A stretch of DNA of 52,810 bases, taken from assembly GCA_035622975.1 (NCBI GenBank), contig DASPUH010000040.1:1-52810 (forward strand), written 5' to 3'. Below, in pieces: positions 50,355 through 52,810 of this stretch. The DNA is from Candidatus Sulfotelmatobacter sp. Lineage in GTDB: Bacteria > Chloroflexota > Limnocylindria > Limnocylindrales > CSP1-4. How positions within the stretch are numbered: position 1 is the stretch's first letter; every line of letters starts with the position of its first letter. Below the pieces are notes generated by a model. It searched no databases. It was not told where the DNA came from and worked only from the letters and a program-made list of their open reading frames with translations. Made by a program: the position numbers and the translations under genes.

Positions 50355-51224
50355 CTAGGCGCTGGCCGGCGGGCCTGCGCTGGGTGGCTCGACGACGGCA
50401 TCGACCGGCGCCGCGGGGTGGTCCACGTCGGACCCTGCCTCGGTGGTGGCGTCGGCGACGATGGCCGCCGGGTCGATGCCGCCGGGCACGACCCCCGGGG
50501 CCTGCGCTTTGAGTGCCTCGATCTCCAGCTGGAGCATGGCCCGCCGCACGGCGTCGTCGGGCGGCCGGATGGCTTCCTCGATGCTCGCGTCGTCCAGCTG
50601 GAGGCCCTCCGGGGTCACGACGGCCGGCGCCGAGGGGGTGGTGGCCCGGCCGGTACCCAGGATCGAGCCGGCCGACCGCAGGATGCCGCCCGGGGCGTTC
50701 GAGGTCGCCTGCTGCTGCGCCTCGGCGCGCCGCCGCGCCAGGACCGCCTCGAGGCTCATCGTGGTGAGGCCGGGGATCTCCGTGTCGGGCTCCAGCGGCT
50801 TGAGGTTGGCGCCGCACGACGGGCACTGGGCCGCGTCGGGATCCGACAGCGGGGTGTTGCACCACTCGCAGACGCGGACGATGCTGCGCGTGCTGCCGAA
50901 ATCGCGCACCGCCGGGTCCAGGTTGGCCGCGAAGGCCCGGTCGCCACCACCGTCGGGACCCAGGAGCGCATCGGGCGACAACTCGTACGAGGTCAGCGGC
51001 TCCAGCAGCGGCTGGCCGTGCTCCAGCAGCGGTTCAGCGGCCGACGCGCGGGGCGGCGTGACGGCCGTGGCGGCCGCAGGTGCAGCGGCAGGCGCGGGGA
51101 CCGCCACGGGCTGATGCGGCGAGGGGGGTGGCTCGACGGACGCTGGAAGGGCGTCGGCCGACGTCGCGGTGACCGGCGGTGGCCCGGCCTGCGGGTTGGA
51201 TGGGCGATCGGACTTCCTGGGCAT
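50355..51224 (-). CDS. zinc-ribbon protein with Pro/Ala-rich N-terminus and acidic C-terminus
   Basis: Start at ATG 51224 (MPRKSDRPSNPQ...). Single ribbon VCEWCNTPLSDPDAAQCPSCGANL. The 107-aa upstream extension in the track is antisense-type junk overlapping guaA. Confidence 0.55.
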   Translation of the reverse strand: MPRKSDRPSNPQAGPPPVTATSADALPASVEPPPSPHQPVAVPAPAAAPAAATAVTPPRASAAEPLLEHGQPLLEPLTSYELSPDALLGPDGGGDRAFAANLDPAVRDFGSTRSIVRVCEWCNTPLSDPDAAQCPSCGANLKPLEPDTEIPGLTTMSLEAVLARRRAEAQQQATSNAPGGILRSAGSILGTGRATTPSAPAVVTPEGLQLDDASIEEAIRPPDDAVRRAMLQLEIEALKAQAPGVVPGGIDPAAIVADATTEAGSDVDHPAAPVDAVVEPPSAGPPASA

Positions 51225-51231
51225 GGCGGCG

Positions 51232-51237
51232 ACTCTA
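51232..51237 (-). promoter_or_regulatory. candidate -10 element placed for a leaderless transcript of the zinc-ribbon array
   Basis: The minus strand reads GGCAG-TAGAGT-CGCCGCC-ATG, a TANNNT hexamer ending 7 nt before ATG 51224. There is no SD at functional distance (GGAGG is 16 nt away). Confidence 0.3.
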
Positions 51238-51298
51238 CTGCCTCCGTTCGTCCGGGGGGACTCCCCCGATGGTCCGGGGGGCTGCGCCGGCGCCGGCG

Positions 51299-52810
51299 CT
51301 ACTCCCATTCGATCGTGGCCGGTGGCTTGCTGCTGATGTCGTAGACGACGCGGTTGACGCCCGCCACCTCGTTGACGATCCGGCTGCTGATGCGCCCCAG
51401 GACCTCGTAGGGCAGCTTGGCCCAGTCGGCGGTCATGCCGTCCTCGCTCGTCACGGCGCGGATGGCCACCACGTTGGCGTAGGTGCGACCGTCGCCCATC
51501 ACCCCCACGCTGCGCACCGGCGTGAGGATGGCGAAGCTCTGCCACAGGCTGCGGTAGAGGCCAGCCGCCTTGATCTCGTCGATGACGATCCAGTCGGCCT
51601 CACGCAACGTCTCCAGCCGTTCTGCGGTGACCTCGCCGATGATGCGGATGGCCAGCCCCGGACCCGGGAAGGGCTGCCGCTGGACCATCGCCTCGGGCAG
51701 GCCCAGCTCGGCGCCCACGGCCCGCACCTCGTCCTTGAACAGGTACCGCAGCGGCTCGATCAGCTGGAAGCGGAGGTCCGCGGGCAGGCCGCCCACGTTG
51801 TGGTGGGTCTTGATCTTCTGGGCGGCCTTGGTCTCCGGGGCAGTCGACTCGATGACATCGGGGTACAGCGTGCCCTGGGTCAGGAAGTCGATCCGCCCGA
51901 GACGGCCCGCTTCCTCCTCGAAGACGCGGATGAACTCGTCGCCGATGATGCGCCGCTTGGCCTCCGGATCCTCCACGCCCGCCAGACGGGCCAGGAATCG
52001 CTGCCGGGCATCGACCATCACCAGGCGCATGCCCAGGTGCGCTTCGAAGGTCGCCCGCAGCAGCTCGGATTCCTTCTTGCGCATGAGCCCGTGGTCGACG
52101 TAGATGCAGGTCAGGCGGTCGCCGACGGCCCGATGGACGAGGGCTGCCGCGACGGCCGAGTCGACCCCGCCCGAGAGGGCGCAGATGACCCGTCCATCGG
52201 ACCCGGTCGCGGCGGCATGTGCGTCGACACGCGCGCGGATGGCGGCCACGGTGGAGGCGATGAAGTCGCGCGTGGTCCAGGTCGGGTGGGCGCCGGCGAT
52301 GCCGAAGACGAAGTTGCGCAGGATGTCGCGCCCGGCGGGGGTGTGGACGACCTCGGGATGGAACTGGATGCCGTAGAGGCGCCGGTCCGGATCGGCCAGG
52401 CCGGCGAACGGCGAGGCGGGGGTCAGAGCGGTGGGGTGGAAGCCGATCGGGGGCCGGGTGATGAGGTCGCCATGACTCATCCAGACGGCCTGCTCGCGCG
52501 GCACGTCCTTGAACAGGCCGTCCGCCTCGGTGATCGTCACGGTCGCCGGCCCGTACTCGCGGTGGGCCGCCGGCAACACCTCCCCGCCCAGCTCGTGGGC
52601 CATCAGCTGCACGCCGTAGCAGATGCCGAGGATGGGGATACCAGCGCTCCACAGGCGGGGATCGACGCGCGGCGCGTCCGCGTCGTAGACGCTGGCCGGC
52701 CCGCCCGAGAGGATGATGCCGCGGGGATGACGCCCCAGGATCTCGGCCAGGGGCGTGTCGTGCGGCAGCAGCTCGGAGTAGACCTCCATCTCGCGCACGC
52801 GCCGTGCGAT
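51299..52810 (-). CDS. guaA: GMP synthase (glutamine-hydrolysing), N-terminus beyond the window edge
   Basis: GATase region [20 protein letters not shown]-PPase SGGVDS, and C-terminal KPPATIEWE. The frame stays open upstream of the track ATG (…[14 protein letters not shown]), so the true start is outside the window. Confidence 0.95.
   Translation of the reverse strand: MARRVREMEVYSELLPHDTPLAEILGRHPRGIILSGGPASVYDADAPRVDPRLWSAGIPILGICYGVQLMAHELGGEVLPAAHREYGPATVTITEADGLFKDVPREQAVWMSHGDLITRPPIGFHPTALTPASPFAGLADPDRRLYGIQFHPEVVHTPAGRDILRNFVFGIAGAHPTWTTRDFIASTVAAIRARVDAHAAATGSDGRVICALSGGVDSAVAAALVHRAVGDRLTCIYVDHGLMRKKESELLRATFEAHLGMRLVMVDARQRFLARLAGVEDPEAKRRIIGDEFIRVFEEEAGRLGRIDFLTQGTLYPDVIESTAPETKAAQKIKTHHNVGGLPADLRFQLIEPLRYLFKDEVRAVGAELGLPEAMVQRQPFPGPGLAIRIIGEVTAERLETLREADWIVIDEIKAAGLYRSLWQSFAILTPVRSVGVMGDGRTYANVVAIRAVTSEDGMTADWAKLPYEVLGRISSRIVNEVAGVNRVVYDISSKPPATIEWE

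Noticed and set aside
1-52810. CRISPR arrays, insertion sequences, prophage or defence-system genes
   Set aside because: All repeats I found are short in-frame coding repeats (LysM linker, zinc-ribbon tail, CWB2 modules). There are no spacer-repeat arrays, and I recognised no transposase, integrase, nuclease/helicase or methyltransferase signatures in any frame.

Overview
Very high-G+C (by eye about 70% or more), gene-dense bacterial chromosomal segment. I call about 50 protein genes (most on the minus strand), one tRNA (Pro-UGG) and one decayed GNAT pseudogene. I see no rRNA, CRISPR array, transposase, integrase or phage genes. Two points about the ORF track. (i) It lists the longest ORF and writes GTG/TTG starts as M, so many real genes carry spurious Arg/Pro-rich N-terminal extensions; I re-set those starts using stop/start overlaps, Shine-Dalgarno (SD) motifs or homology-like N-termini. 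(ii) It omits ORFs with no stop in the window, so I recovered a partial glycosyltransferase at 1-891(-) by hand and extended guaA to the window edge. The dominant theme is the cell envelope. 1-8632 is an ABC-transporter-dependent glycan locus: Wzm/Wzt-like exporter plus five glycosyltransferases, four of which form two paralog pairs. 28394-32545 is a four-gene translationally coupled WbpA/B/E/D-like operon for a UDP-2,3-diacetamido-2,3-dideoxy-hexuronic acid. 33105-36480 holds a DUF3048 protein, a GT4 transferase and a Ppm1-like polyprenyl-phosphate glycosyltransferase. 36545-41936 holds two large secreted enzymes, each ending in three CWB2 cell-wall-binding repeats. These are followed by a LysM protein, mreC-mreB, radC, a CPBP protease and a coupled array of zinc-ribbon and membrane proteins of unknown function next to guaA. 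Housekeeping and regulatory genes fill the rest: glnA, a PucR-family regulator, resB, a Cys/Met PLP enzyme, a GGDEF cyclase, Lrp, an XRE-cupin regulator, an F420-type reductase, VOC, rdgB-rph-mazG, a parvulin PPIase, an SDR enoyl-reductase-like gene and plsC. The best candidates for something undescribed are the wall-polymer plus CWB2-cargo supercluster (28.4-41.9 kb) and the zinc-ribbon/membrane/CPBP array (46.1-51.2 kb). All functional calls rest on motif recognition by eye; no database search was run.
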